Both the position numbers and the translations under genes were made by a program. A model generated the notes under the pieces. It did not search any database. It was not told the DNA's origin and saw only the letters and a list, made by a program, of their open reading frames with translations. Positions 44,479 through 55,302 of a DNA stretch of 64,000 bases are shown piece by piece; position 1 is the stretch's first letter; each line of letters opens with the position of its first letter. Source of the stretch: an uncultured Clostridia bacterium (GTDB lineage Bacteria > Bacillota > Clostridia > TANB77 > CAG-508); NCBI GenBank assembly GCA_944389125.1, contig CALXLF010000004.1:2939-66938 (forward strand). The letters run 5' to 3'.

Positions 44479-44793
44479 TTATGCTACAGTTTTAATATTA
44501 ATAATTTTATGTATTCCAGACATTTCTAAAATTTTCTTTAATTTTCCTGATACATTTCTAACTTCTAATGTTCCTCCATAAGCTAATGCAACTTTATATC
44601 TTCCTATTATTAATCCAATTCCTGCACTATCCATAAATTTTACTTTTGCTAAATCTATTATTACTTTTTTTGGCATAAATCTTTGAATTTCATAATCAAT
44701 TCTTGTCCTAATTTTTTCTGAACTATGATGATCAATTTCTTCTGTTAACTCCACTTCTAGAATTTTTTCCTCAATATAATGATTTACTTTCAA
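44479..44793 (-). CDS. spoIIAA: Anti-sigma F factor antagonist
   Basis: EIDHH, FMDSAGIGLIIGRYK. Confidence 0.94.
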   Translation of the reverse strand: MKVNHYIEEKILEVELTEEIDHHSSEKIRTRIDYEIQRFMPKKVIIDLAKVKFMDSAGIGLIIGRYKVALAYGGTLEVRNVSGKLKKILEMSGIHKIINIKTVA

Positions 44794-44871
44794 TTTAAAA
44801 ATCTCCTTTCTAATATAATAAATTTAGAAACAAGTATATTTATAAATAAGCTTGTCTTTTTCTATTTATAT

Positions 44872-44898
44872 ATTCTGTTTTTAAAGAAAAAATTCCCT
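44872..44898 (-). promoter_or_regulatory. Putative SigH promoter of spoIIA operon
   Basis: Minus strand AGGGAATTT...CAGAAT; spoIIA is SigH-dependent in endospore formers. Confidence 0.5.
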
Positions 44899-44937
44899 CG
44901 ATGAAAAAGTTCTAGTTTTAGCGAAAAAGCGCAAAAA

Positions 44938-44964
44938 AAGAAGGTAGCTTCAAACTACCTTCTT
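44938..44964 (-). terminator. Terminator after hpf
   Basis: AAGAAGGTAG / CTACCTTCTT, T-tract on minus strand. Confidence 0.75.
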
Positions 44965-44976
44965 AAACTTTTTATA

Positions 44977-45513
44977 TTATCCTTCTGGTTCAACTATTCC
45001 AAAATTCTTTCCATCTGGTAATCTATATAAAACATTTACTTTTTGTGTATCAACATTTATAAATGTGAAAAATAGATTTCCTGGTTTTTCTTTTAATTTT
45101 ATTTTTGCATCTTCAATTGACATTGGTTTGATATCATAATGTAATGTTTTAACAACTTCATCTTCTATATCAACTGATTCATCTCCACTAAATGTCATTT
45201 GTTTAATTGATGCATCTTTTTGCATTTTTTCTTTTTTAGTTTTTGTTTTTCTAATTTGACCTTCTAAAATATCAATATCTTTATCAATTGAAGCATATAA
45301 ATCTCTATCTTCTGTAACAGCCTTATAATTTACTCCGTTTACTCCTACATACATTTCAGCAATTTGCATATTTTTCTCAGCTTTAGTTTTTACATTTACT
45401 GTTATAACTTCATTTGCATAATATTTTTCTATTCTTTCTAATTTTTTTTCTACATAATCTTTAATAGCATCTGTAGTTTTTAATTCTTTGTCTGTAATTG
45501 TTAAATTAATCAT
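44977..45513 (-). CDS. hpf: Ribosome hibernation promoting factor (long HPF)
   Basis: TDAIKDYVEKKL, DLYASID, KPMSIEDA, VNVLYR. Confidence 0.9.
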   Translation of the reverse strand: MINLTITDKELKTTDAIKDYVEKKLERIEKYYANEVITVNVKTKAEKNMQIAEMYVGVNGVNYKAVTEDRDLYASIDKDIDILEGQIRKTKTKKEKMQKDASIKQMTFSGDESVDIEDEVVKTLHYDIKPMSIEDAKIKLKEKPGNLFFTFINVDTQKVNVLYRLPDGKNFGIVEPEG

Positions 45514-45578
45514 TAATCTCCCTCCTTTTTTGGTGACACTATTCTATCAATTAATTACTAAAAATTCAAGTTTTTTTT

Positions 45579-47156
45579 CTACTTTCCTTGCATTATTGAT
45601 TTTATATATTCTATCTCTTCTTCTGAATCTAATCTTTCAAATAAAGGTTTACCTTTAGATATTACTTTGCTTCCTGACTTAATTTTATCATAGTCTTTTA
45701 AATTATCCCAATTTGCATCTTTTTCGTCTATTCCAAGTTGAGATAAAATTTCTTTAGAAGTATTTGGCATATAAGAAACTAATAATATAGCTATTTTTCT
45801 CAAAGCCTCAGCTAAATTGAACATTACAGCTTCTAATTCTTCTGTTTTTCCTTCTTTAGATAAAATCCAAGGAGCTGTTTCATCTATATATTTATTTGTT
45901 CTTGAAATAAACTTCCATAAATCTTGAATTGCCTCACTTACATAAAGATTATCCATATGCTCTTCTAATTTTGAGATTTGCTCCATCGCTGCACTTTTTA
46001 AATCATCATCAAATTCTGTTTTAACTTTTATGTCAGTTGGTATAATTCCACCAAAATATTTATTAATCATTCCAATGGTTCTATTTAAAAGATTTCCTAA
46101 ATCATTTGCTAAATCTGAATTATATCTCAAAACAAAATCTTCAGGTGTAAATACTGAATCTTGTGAAAATCCCATTAACCTTAATAAATAGTATTTAGTA
46201 GCATCTACACCATATCTTGATATTAAATCTTCTGGATAAACTACATTTCCTACTGATTTAGACATTTTCCCATCTTTCATAACAATCCAACTATGAGCAT
46301 ATAATTTCTTAGGTAGCTCTAAACCAAGAGCATGTAGGAATATAGGCCAATAAATACCATGAAATCTTATAATTTCTTTTCCAACTATATGAAGATCTGC
46401 TGGCCAATATTTTTTGAAAAGAGAATCATCATCTGACATATATCCAAGTGCCGTTATATAGTTTGTTAAAGCATCAAGCCATACATATAAAACATGTTTT
46501 GGATCATTTGGCATTTTAATTCCCCAATCAAAAGTGCAACGGCTTATGCATAAATCTTCTAATCCTGGATCAATAAAATTCTTAAATATTTCGTTTTTCT
46601 TACTTTCTGGAACTAAGAAATCTGGATTTTCTTTATAAAATTCTTTAAGCCAATTTTCATATTTTTTCATGTTAAAGAAATATGACTCTTCTTTCATTTT
46701 CTTTACTTCTCTTCCACAATCAGGACATTTTCCATCAACTAATTGTGTTTCAGTAAAGTAATTTTCACAAGGCATACAATACCAACCCTCATATTCTCCT
46801 TTATAAATATCTCCATTATCTAAGAATTTTTGTACTATCTTTTGTACTGCTTTAACATGCTTCTCATCTGTAGTTCTGATAAACCCATCATATCCAATAT
46901 CCATAAGTTTCCACAATTCTTTTGCTTTTTCAGCCATATCATCTACAAATTCTTGTGGAGTAACACCTTTTTCTTGGGCTTTGGTCTCCATTTTCTTTCC
47001 ATGTTCATCAAGGCCTGTTAGCATAAATGTATCATAACCTCTAGCTTTTTTATATCTTCTAATACAATCTGTTAAAACTACACAGTACGCTGTTCCAATA
47101 TGAAATCTTCCACTTGGATAAAAGATAGGTGTTGTTACATAGAATTTTTCTTTCAT
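45579..47156 (-). CDS. metG: Methionyl-tRNA synthetase (short form)
   Basis: YVTTPIFY, HIGT, YVWLDAL, KMSKS. Confidence 0.96.
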   Translation of the reverse strand: MKEKFYVTTPIFYPSGRFHIGTAYCVVLTDCIRRYKKARGYDTFMLTGLDEHGKKMETKAQEKGVTPQEFVDDMAEKAKELWKLMDIGYDGFIRTTDEKHVKAVQKIVQKFLDNGDIYKGEYEGWYCMPCENYFTETQLVDGKCPDCGREVKKMKEESYFFNMKKYENWLKEFYKENPDFLVPESKKNEIFKNFIDPGLEDLCISRCTFDWGIKMPNDPKHVLYVWLDALTNYITALGYMSDDDSLFKKYWPADLHIVGKEIIRFHGIYWPIFLHALGLELPKKLYAHSWIVMKDGKMSKSVGNVVYPEDLISRYGVDATKYYLLRLMGFSQDSVFTPEDFVLRYNSDLANDLGNLLNRTIGMINKYFGGIIPTDIKVKTEFDDDLKSAAMEQISKLEEHMDNLYVSEAIQDLWKFISRTNKYIDETAPWILSKEGKTEELEAVMFNLAEALRKIAILLVSYMPNTSKEILSQLGIDEKDANWDNLKDYDKIKSGSKVISKGKPLFERLDSEEEIEYIKSIMQGK

Positions 47157-47184
47157 GTTTTTGTTTTCACTTCCTTAATAAATT

Positions 47185-48369
47185 TTAATCTGATAATTTT
47201 TCTCCACAATGTGGACAATATTTTTGAGAGCTATTAACAGGTTTACCACATTTTGGGCAAGTTTTTTCTTCTGGTTTTTTAGTTCCACAGTCTTCACAGA
47301 AATTTCCTTTATTTATTTTTCCGCATTTTGGACATTGCCATGCACCTGTAACTGCCTCTATATTATTAGCATTTGAAGAATTTTTTACACCTTCATTAAC
47401 ATTATTCATTGTCTGTCCAAAAATTCCTCCACCTGCCATATTCATCATTCCAACTCCTAAAAATCCATTCATAGCTCCACCTTCATTTGATGCAGCATTT
47501 TCAACCGCTTTAGCATAGCTTTGTGTTAATGTACCTTGTTGCATATGAGCATTTGAACTAAGTATATAATTTTGAATATATTGTTCTGATTTTTCGTCTA
47601 AAGTTACTGATTCTACTGCAAAGCAAACAATAGCTAATCCTCTATTTCTTAAAGGTTCATCAAATATCTTTTCATCCATCATTTCTTTAATTTCATCTGT
47701 TTGACTTGGTAATTCTAAAACAGGTACTTTATATTTTTCAGTTCCTAATTCATTTAAAACATTTTGAAAAGCACTCATAACTTCTGTTCTTATTTGTTCA
47801 ACTATTTGGTCTTTTCTATAAATCATTACTGTTCCTGCAATTTCTTTCATAAATAAACTTGGATCTTCAATCTTAAATGTATATTTTCCATAACATTTTA
47901 CCTTTACAGCTAATGGTATCATTCCTCCAGCCATTTGATTTGGAACTGGATGTGACCAATCTTGAAATGGAATTGGTGTTGCTGTTCCAAACTTATTATC
48001 CATTATTTCTTTCATATTGAAATAGTAGATAACTTGTTGATCTGGAATTCCGCCTCCATAAGTAAATCTATGCCACATTTCTTTGAATACTGCTCCAAAA
48101 TTTCCTGCGAAGAATGATGGAGATGTTGATTCATCAAAAGTATAATCACCTGCTTCTGCTGATGCATCTAAAACTTTACCATTTTGCATAATTATAGCAC
48201 ATTGTCCAGGCATAACCCTTATAATACTATTTTTTGTTATAACTCCTGTATCAGTTGTTTTTCCCATCATTAAAATATCATTATTCATATCCTCACAGGC
48301 TATTACCTCTTTCCATTGATCATGGAATGTTGAACCAATAGCACTTCCAGCTGCTTTAATTAATCCCAT
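47185..48369 (-). CDS. SPFH-domain protein with C-terminal double zinc ribbon
   Basis: KFGTATPI, W.CPKCG..N.GNFC..CG, CPKCG..CPHCG. Confidence 0.8.
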   Translation of the reverse strand: MGLIKAAGSAIGSTFHDQWKEVIACEDMNNDILMMGKTTDTGVITKNSIIRVMPGQCAIIMQNGKVLDASAEAGDYTFDESTSPSFFAGNFGAVFKEMWHRFTYGGGIPDQQVIYYFNMKEIMDNKFGTATPIPFQDWSHPVPNQMAGGMIPLAVKVKCYGKYTFKIEDPSLFMKEIAGTVMIYRKDQIVEQIRTEVMSAFQNVLNELGTEKYKVPVLELPSQTDEIKEMMDEKIFDEPLRNRGLAIVCFAVESVTLDEKSEQYIQNYILSSNAHMQQGTLTQSYAKAVENAASNEGGAMNGFLGVGMMNMAGGGIFGQTMNNVNEGVKNSSNANNIEAVTGAWQCPKCGKINKGNFCEDCGTKKPEEKTCPKCGKPVNSSQKYCPHCGEKLSD

Positions 48370-48409
48370 AATTAAAAATCCTCCTCTAAAATTTTATTTA
48401 ACACTTATT

Positions 48410-49567
48410 TTATCTTCTAGGTCCGCCTGGTCTAGGGCCTCTTGGTCCACCAGGTCCTCTAAAATGTGGTCTTGGTCCAAAACCTGGACCTCCATAATAT
48501 GGCCTTGGTCTAAGAATTTCTCTTATTATACCACCAGCTATTGCTCCTGATATAAATCCTGTTCCAAATCCGCCTATATTTCCATCATTATAAGGTGTCC
48601 AATTATTAATAGGCTCTTTGTAAATTTCCATATTTGAAAGAACCCAATTGAAATTTCCAGTAGTTATTACACTTCCACAATAAGAGCATTTCCCACTTGA
48701 AGTAATTTGAACAGGAGCACCACAATTTGGACAATTTGTAGTATTAACAGACGTTGTTCCTGGAACAGTTTTTACTCCAGCAGTTCTAACAAAAGTTAAT
48801 TTATAAGTATTTACTTCAAAAGAAGTATTATTTCCTTTAATTATTTTTCCTGTCTGTTCATTTACAATATAATCTATCATTTTAGTATTTAATAAAACAC
48901 TTAAAACTTCTCTTGAACCATCTTGTTTAAATTCAAATAATTTTGCCCAATTTATACTCACTTTTTCTAATTTATTAATTTGTTTATTATCAATATATCT
49001 TTGAATTTGTCCACTATGATGTTCAAAAAGTTGTGGTGTTTCAAAACATCTTAAAATATCTAAATCTCTGTCAGACCAAGCATATTGAAGTTTTACAAAA
49101 ACATCTTTTGCCCATGTTAAAAATTCTTCTTTACTAAAATTCGGATCTATTGATTTTATTTGGCTTTCAACTTGTGATTCGGAAATATTTGGTTCAGTAG
49201 TACTATATCCATTACTCATACCACTAGTATCTGATGTATTATTTGAATTTTTTGATTTTTTAACTATTAAGAAAATTATTACTACTACTATTATGAAAAA
49301 TCCTATAAAAAATATAAGTCCTAAAAAACTATTACTTCCATAATCATCATAATAATAATCATCTTGATAACCATCATCATAGCCATAGCCCCATCCATCA
49401 CTACTAGAGCCATCATCACTCCAGCTAGCCATACCTAATTGCTTCGGTTCAACGCTCTGAACATGCTTTGTAGTAGCATAAGCTGTAACTTTCATACCTA
49501 TAATCATAAGTAAATTTAAAATGATAAAACATATAAAAAATTTCTTTATTTTATCAATTATTTTCAT
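48410..49567 (-). CDS. Tim44-like domain membrane protein with zinc ribbon and Gly/Pro/Arg tail
   Basis: DPNFSKEEFL..F.KLQ.AW, CPNCGA..CSYCG, terminal GPR repeats. Confidence 0.75.
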   Translation of the reverse strand: MKIIDKIKKFFICFIILNLLMIIGMKVTAYATTKHVQSVEPKQLGMASWSDDGSSSDGWGYGYDDGYQDDYYYDDYGSNSFLGLIFFIGFFIIVVVIIFLIVKKSKNSNNTSDTSGMSNGYSTTEPNISESQVESQIKSIDPNFSKEEFLTWAKDVFVKLQYAWSDRDLDILRCFETPQLFEHHSGQIQRYIDNKQINKLEKVSINWAKLFEFKQDGSREVLSVLLNTKMIDYIVNEQTGKIIKGNNTSFEVNTYKLTFVRTAGVKTVPGTTSVNTTNCPNCGAPVQITSSGKCSYCGSVITTGNFNWVLSNMEIYKEPINNWTPYNDGNIGGFGTGFISGAIAGGIIREILRPRPYYGGPGFGPRPHFRGPGGPRGPRPGGPRR

Positions 49568-49618
49568 ATATAAATTTTCCTCCAATCAACTAAAACAAAG
49601 TTGCGTTAGAATTATTTT

Positions 49619-51268
49619 TTAATTATTTAATAATTTTTCTATTCTTCTTTCAATAGAAGTTTTTCCTAAAACTTTTAAAATTTCATATAAATCTGGTGTA
49701 TTACATCTTCCTGTCATTGCAACTCTAATTACAGTACTTACATCTCCAACATGACCTGGATATTTTTCTGGATTTGCTTTAAACTCTTTAACTTCTCTTG
49801 CATATCCAAATTCTTGAGCCAAATCTTTCATTTTATCAAACCAAACTTGCTTATCATCATTTTCATCATAATATTTTTCAAAATATGTTTTTACAAGATT
49901 TTTAATTTCTTCACTATCTGTTATTTTTTGGAATTGATAATCAATTTCATTTAGAATAAATTTTTCATCATACATATAATAAATATTGTCTTTTACATCA
50001 GACCATTTTGCAATATCTTTTCTAGGCTTGCTATTTCCTCTTTCAATTCCTAAAACTTTCATAGAATATTCTTTTTGGTCAAGCATTTCTTTTAGTTCTT
50101 CATCATACTCTTTTGCCCAATTATATGCATTATTATAAACTTCTTCTGTTCCAAATTTTGATATAACATTTTTTGATACATCAAGCATTTTAACCATATC
50201 GAATAATGCTCCACTTACTCCCATTTTCTTTATATCAAAATTAAAATCATACATAGATTTATCTGGATTTTGTTTTCTCCAAATTTCAAAATTAGAATTT
50301 GCTATATTCATTAAATATTCTAATACTGATTGTTTTGGAATTCCTTCTTCTTTATAATAAGAAACTGCAGATTCTGGATCTTTTCTTTTACTTAATTTAC
50401 GTTTTCCTTCCCCATCAGTTTTCATCATTGGAGCTATATGAGCATATTTTGGTGCTTTAAAGCCAGCCACATAAAACAATTGTAAATGTAATGGTACAGA
50501 AGCAAGCCACTCATCAGCTCTTATTACCATATTTGTTCTCATTAAATGATCATCTACTAAATGTGCAAAATGATAAGTTGGAAGTCCATCAGATTTTATA
50601 ATTACTATATCTTGATCATTTTCTGGAAAATCTACATTTCCTTTTATAACATCCTTATGTTTTATCTTTTTTTCTGGATTTCCAGGTGATCTAAATCTTA
50701 TTATATATGGATCACCATTTTTTATCTTTTCTGCTGCCATATCTATAGGCATATTTCTACATCTAGTCCATTTTCCATAGTACCCAGTTCTTTCTTTTGC
50801 CTTTTCTTGATTACTTCTAATTTCATCTAATTCTTCTGGTGTACAAAAACATGGATACGCATTACCTTCTTCTAAGAATTTTTTTGCATATGATTGATAT
50901 ATTTCTTTTCTTAAAGATTGTTTATATGGTCCATAATTCCCATGATTCACATCATTTTCATCTATATATTCATCTGGTGATAAGTCAAAATCTTTTAAAG
51001 CATCCATAATTTGTTTTACACCATCTTCAACTTCCCTTTTTTGATCAGTATCTTCAATTCTTACAAAAAATACCCCATTATTTTTAGCCATAAGTTTTGC
51101 TATTAAACTTTGATAAATACCCCCAATATGTACGAAACCTGTTGGACTTGGTGCAAATCTAGTTACGATAGCACCCTCTGGTAAATTTCTTTCTGGATAT
51201 TTTGACTCATAATATGTATAATCTTTTGCATTTGGAAATATTAAGTCTGCTAATTCTTTATTATTCAT
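49619..51268 (-). CDS. gltX: Glutamyl-tRNA synthetase
   Basis: RFAPSPTGFVHIGG, RIEDTD, KLSKR. Confidence 0.96.
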   Translation of the reverse strand: MNNKELADLIFPNAKDYTYYESKYPERNLPEGAIVTRFAPSPTGFVHIGGIYQSLIAKLMAKNNGVFFVRIEDTDQKREVEDGVKQIMDALKDFDLSPDEYIDENDVNHGNYGPYKQSLRKEIYQSYAKKFLEEGNAYPCFCTPEELDEIRSNQEKAKERTGYYGKWTRCRNMPIDMAAEKIKNGDPYIIRFRSPGNPEKKIKHKDVIKGNVDFPENDQDIVIIKSDGLPTYHFAHLVDDHLMRTNMVIRADEWLASVPLHLQLFYVAGFKAPKYAHIAPMMKTDGEGKRKLSKRKDPESAVSYYKEEGIPKQSVLEYLMNIANSNFEIWRKQNPDKSMYDFNFDIKKMGVSGALFDMVKMLDVSKNVISKFGTEEVYNNAYNWAKEYDEELKEMLDQKEYSMKVLGIERGNSKPRKDIAKWSDVKDNIYYMYDEKFILNEIDYQFQKITDSEEIKNLVKTYFEKYYDENDDKQVWFDKMKDLAQEFGYAREVKEFKANPEKYPGHVGDVSTVIRVAMTGRCNTPDLYEILKVLGKTSIERRIEKLLNN

Positions 51269-51467
51269 TTCTAATTTTCCTTTCTAAATACCTTATTTAT
51301 ATATTTTAAAAAATACATTTTTGTTGTCTATTTATACGAAATTATTTTACTATACCAATATAAAAAAAGCAAGAAAATTCCTATAAAAATTATAAAGTTT
51401 CTATTGATTTTAATAGCTTCTAATGTTATAATATCATTAGTTTAATTTGTATAAAAAGGAGGGTAAG

Positions 51468-52244
51468 ATGAATCAAATTTTAATTTCTGAGAAAATTTAT
51501 GTAACACCAGAATTAAAAAGAAAAAAAAGAATTTATAAAATATACTTCTTTCTTGCTGTATTTTTAGTTTTCATTTTATCTTCTTATTACATATATGCTG
51601 AATATGACAAAAACAAAAATGAAGAACAATCAAAAGAAATTCTTTCAAGTTTGAGTTTTGATAACAACATAAAAGATGATACAACAATAAAATTTGAAGA
51701 AAATGCTACAATTGTCATTTTAAATGAAGAAGATGATAAAAGTGTTGTAATTTCATCTACTTATGATGATGAAGAAGTTGAAGTGACAGACGAAACTGGA
51801 GAAAATGAAACAATTGACGTTCCTACATATGTAACAGAAAGTGGTCAAGTATATTGGGCAATTGCAACAATAAATATTCCTTCAATTAATTGCACATACC
51901 CTATTTTAAATACTTGGTCAACTGAACTTTTAAAGATTTCTCCTTGTTATTTCCATGGAGCACAACCAAATCAAGTTGGTAATTTCTGTATAGTAGGTCA
52001 TAATTATAGAAATAATAAATTCTTCAGTAAAGTTCCATCATTAGAAATTGGAGATGCAATTTATATTGAAGATTTAACTCAAAATACAGTTGAATACATT
52101 GTTTATGATAAATATACTGTTGATCCAAATGATACAAGTTGTACTTCGCAATTAACAGATGGAAAAACAGAAATAACATTAATTACATGTACAAACGATG
52201 GTTCAGAAAGAGTTATAGTAAAAGCTAGAAAAGCTGGAGAATAA
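51468..52244 (+). CDS. Sortase
   Basis: TM anchor, VGHN, TLITC, ERVIV. Confidence 0.88.
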   Translation: MNQILISEKIYVTPELKRKKRIYKIYFFLAVFLVFILSSYYIYAEYDKNKNEEQSKEILSSLSFDNNIKDDTTIKFEENATIVILNEEDDKSVVISSTYDDEEVEVTDETGENETIDVPTYVTESGQVYWAIATINIPSINCTYPILNTWSTELLKISPCYFHGAQPNQVGNFCIVGHNYRNNKFFSKVPSLEIGDAIYIEDLTQNTVEYIVYDKYTVDPNDTSCTSQLTDGKTEITLITCTNDGSERVIVKARKAGE

Positions 52245-52266
52245 ATTTTAATTTGAATATAATTTT

Positions 52267-52290
52267 AGGCAGAGTTTAAAAACTCTGCCT
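52267..52290. terminator. Bidirectional terminator
   Basis: AGGCAGAGTTT / AAACTCTGCCT. Confidence 0.8.
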
Positions 52291-52291
52291 T

Positions 52292-52679
52292 TTAATATCT
52301 CATAGAACAAAACAAATTCATAATTAAACTGCATAAATTTAATATTAAGAAAAATATTGAAAATCCAACTAATATAGCTGATAATATATTTCCACTTGAG
52401 AGTGGTATTACTAAAGCTAATAATCCAAAAAATATATTTCCGAACAATACTAAACAAACTTGAAAAACTATTTTTGCTTAAAGAAGATCGCGAAAAACCA
52501 TTATCAGATGAGCCTAATATTGATAGTATAAGCAAAGAAAGCAATGCTAACACCAAAGAAAAAACCACAGCAAAAATTATCCCAGGTAAAAAACCATAAT
52601 AAAAAAGTAACGCAATTATTAATGAAATTGCCATTCCTATTGCAATATTTAATAAAAATTTACAAGACTCTTCTTTCAT
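52292..52679 (-). CDS. Small multi-TM membrane protein; C-half reached by +1 shift at CGG (52442-52440); 128 aa
   Basis: GTT C GGA AAT gives GNIFFGLLALVIPLSSGNILSAILVGFSIFFLILNLCSLIMNLFCSMRY*, stopping right before the terminator; frame 0 runs through the terminator. Confidence 0.65.
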
Positions 52680-52767
52680 AAAATACCGCTTCCTTCCATT
52701 ATAAATTAGTTATAATTTTCTATCTCTGCGATATTATATAATATGTAAATTTTTATTATTTGTGAAT

Positions 52768-53574
52768 TTATAAATCTTTTTGCAATTTTTTTATTTCTTT
52801 TTCAACTTTTTTTGTTTCATCTTCTATTTTACTAATCTCATTGTTAATCTCTTCTTTTGTTCTTCTAATTAGATTTTCATCTTCTAAAATTCTTTTTTTA
52901 TCAAATGAATCTGAACACTTTATATGTAAAATAATTTCTTCATTTTCATCTATTAAATCTAAATATCTATCTTTAGCTTTCTCCAAAGTCTTAGCATCAC
53001 CAATTGCTAAACTTGAATCAGGTTTAATTTGTTCACATATTGCTTGAAGTTTAGTCATCATAGATAAATCTAACTCTCTATATGCTTTTTCTAAAAGTTC
53101 ATATAACTGATTATCTATTCTTGTATTATCAAAATTAATAAGCGGACTAAGTCTTTTTATAAGATTCTTATAAATTACATTAAGTAATTTTAAAAGCTCT
53201 TCTGTAACTTTATCTGTGAATTCATCTTCTACATCTAAAAAAGCCTCTTCTTGAAGTTCATTATATTCATCTTCAATCTCATCAAATTCTACATCTAATT
53301 GTTCTTCTATTTCTTTTTCATTAATAGGTCTTTTTAATTTTATCTTTTCCTTATATAATTCTAATTTTCTATTTGTTCTAATAAGTTTTAAATTTGCAAT
53401 AAATGCATCATTTTCTAAAACACCAATCTTATTCATATATTTACTTTCTATATCAGGAATAACATGAAAAGCAAGCATATCACGTTCTGCAATCTTTTCA
53501 GCTACTTTTTCTTTTAACTGATTAACTTCTATAATTAAATTTTCATATTCAGGGTCTAAAGTAATATTTTCCAC
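52768..53574 (-). CDS. Hypothetical coiled-coil protein
   Basis: Long ORF, GAGGAGG RBS before GTG 53574. Confidence 0.75.
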   Translation of the reverse strand: MENITLDPEYENLIIEVNQLKEKVAEKIAERDMLAFHVIPDIESKYMNKIGVLENDAFIANLKLIRTNRKLELYKEKIKLKRPINEKEIEEQLDVEFDEIEDEYNELQEEAFLDVEDEFTDKVTEELLKLLNVIYKNLIKRLSPLINFDNTRIDNQLYELLEKAYRELDLSMMTKLQAICEQIKPDSSLAIGDAKTLEKAKDRYLDLIDENEEIILHIKCSDSFDKKRILEDENLIRRTKEEINNEISKIEDETKKVEKEIKKLQKDL

Positions 53575-53797
53575 TTTTATTCCCTCCTCTCTAATTTCAA
53601 GTCTGTATTGTAACACATAAATATTAAAAAATCTACTAAATTTATAAATAAAATAAATTCGCCATTAAAGCTTTATTTTAAGTACTGTTGACTATTTAAA
53701 TTTGATATTGTATACTTTTAAATATATTATTTTTCTCTAATATCTAGTATTATCTAGATTGTATTATAAAATAAAAATATTAAAAAGGAATTAAAAT

Positions 53798-54658
53798 ATG
53801 GATAATTTATATAATGAAACTTTATTTATAATGAAAAAATATGGAATTACTGCTAATAAAAGATTAGGACAAAATTTTTTAATTGATGAATTTGTAATTG
53901 AAGAAATTTGTGATACAGCAGAAGTTTCTTCTTCTGATTTAATAATAGAGATTGGTCCTGGAATTGGTAGTTTAACTGCTGTATTAGTTGAAAAAGCTGG
54001 TAAAGTTATTTCAATTGAAATTGATAGTAAAATGCTTAAGATTTTAAATGATAGATTTAAATTTTATAATAATTTTGAACTTATAAATGAAGATATCTTA
54101 AAAGTCGATTTAAATAAATTAATAAATGCTAACTTAAATGAAAAAATTACAAAATGCAAAATTGTTGCAAATCTTCCATATTATATAACTACTCCCATAA
54201 TAATAAAATTATTAGAGGAAAAGTTAAATGTCGAAACAATTACAGTTATGGTTCAAAAAGAGGTAGCTGAAAGATTAACTGCTATTCCAGGAAGTAAAAA
54301 TGCCGGAGCAATTTCACATCTAGTTTACTATTACGCTGATAGTAAATTAGCGATAAATGTTTATAGAGATAGCTTTATTCCTGCACCAGATGTTGATTCT
54401 GCAGTAATTAATATAAAATTTTTAAAAGAACCTAGAATAAAAATAGATGATGAAAAATTATTTTTTAATATTATAAAAGCTGCTTTTTCACAAAAAAGAA
54501 AAACTTTAGTAAACGGATTAGTTAATAATAAAATTTTTGACTCAAAAGAATCTGCAGAAAAAGCTCTAACTTCAATAGGATTAGATACAAAAATAAGAGG
54601 AGAAAAACTTACATTAGAAGATTTTAAAAAAATTTATGAAATTATAAAAGGAGGTTAA
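53798..54658 (+). CDS. rsmA: 16S rRNA adenine dimethyltransferase
   Basis: LGQNFL, IEIGPGIG, VANLPYYIT, F.PAPDVDS. Confidence 0.96.
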   Translation: MDNLYNETLFIMKKYGITANKRLGQNFLIDEFVIEEICDTAEVSSSDLIIEIGPGIGSLTAVLVEKAGKVISIEIDSKMLKILNDRFKFYNNFELINEDILKVDLNKLINANLNEKITKCKIVANLPYYITTPIIIKLLEEKLNVETITVMVQKEVAERLTAIPGSKNAGAISHLVYYYADSKLAINVYRDSFIPAPDVDSAVINIKFLKEPRIKIDDEKLFFNIIKAAFSQKRKTLVNGLVNNKIFDSKESAEKALTSIGLDTKIRGEKLTLEDFKKIYEIIKGG

Positions 54659-54677
54659 ATTTATATTTAACCTCCTT
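54648..54677. terminator. Bidirectional terminator
   Basis: AAGGAGGTTAAAT / ATTTAACCTCCTT. Confidence 0.7.
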
Positions 54678-54698
54678 CTTTATTTTTATACTAAAAAT

Positions 54699-54962
54699 TT
54701 ATGCTCCTTTTTCTTGCAAAGCTTTAACTTCTTCCAAAGCTTTTGATAATTGATCTGGACAAGATGTCGATTTAAATCCACAAGGAATTCCTTTTAATCT
54801 TTTTATTGCCTCATCTATATTCATTCCTTGTATTAATCTTGATACTCCAACTGTATTTCCAGCACATCCTCCTATAATCTTTACAGATTTTATAATATCT
54901 CCATCAACATCTATAATCATTTTTTGTGAGCATACTCCTTTTGGTGTATATGTATATTGCAT
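54699..54962 (-). CDS. TSCPD-domain protein (TIGR03905-like)
   Basis: GVCS, GGCAGN, TSCPDQL. Confidence 0.9.
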   Translation of the reverse strand: MQYTYTPKGVCSQKMIIDVDGDIIKSVKIIGGCAGNTVGVSRLIQGMNIDEAIKRLKGIPCGFKSTSCPDQLSKALEEVKALQEKGA

Positions 54963-54999
54963 TATATTTCCTCCCTTTTAAATATATTATAACTCTTTT

Positions 55000-55302
55000 T
55001 TACTTACTAAATACATCTTTTACTATAGGATAACTATTCATAAGTAAATCATATTTCAAATTTTCTGGTAAATTCTCATCATACATAGCATTAGTAATTG
55101 GAAAAGTATAATTAGTATATTTAGGCATAAAACACCTAGTCTTTATTATATAATTGATAAGACAATCATCATCATTTAATTTAACTTCATGTCTTGTCAA
55201 AAAATCTCTCATCATTTCTGTATATTCATCATGAAAATAATTAAAAACTTTTACATATTCTTTTTTATCTGCTAATTCTTGAATTTTTCTTTCGACTAAC
55301 AT
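55000..55302 (-). CDS. Hypothetical protein
   Basis: GAGGT RBS before ATG 55302; no family recognised. Confidence 0.65.
   Translation of the reverse strand: MLVERKIQELADKKEYVKVFNYFHDEYTEMMRDFLTRHEVKLNDDDCLINYIIKTRCFMPKYTNYTFPITNAMYDENLPENLKYDLLMNSYPIVKDVFSK

Noticed and set aside
45579-47156. metG truncated by a frameshift
   Set aside because: No in-frame CGG near the end and hpf follows directly; short MetRS lacking the C-terminal domain is a known form.
51269-51446. T-box leader upstream of gltX
   Set aside because: No T-box consensus or terminator/antiterminator visible; short divergent promoter region.
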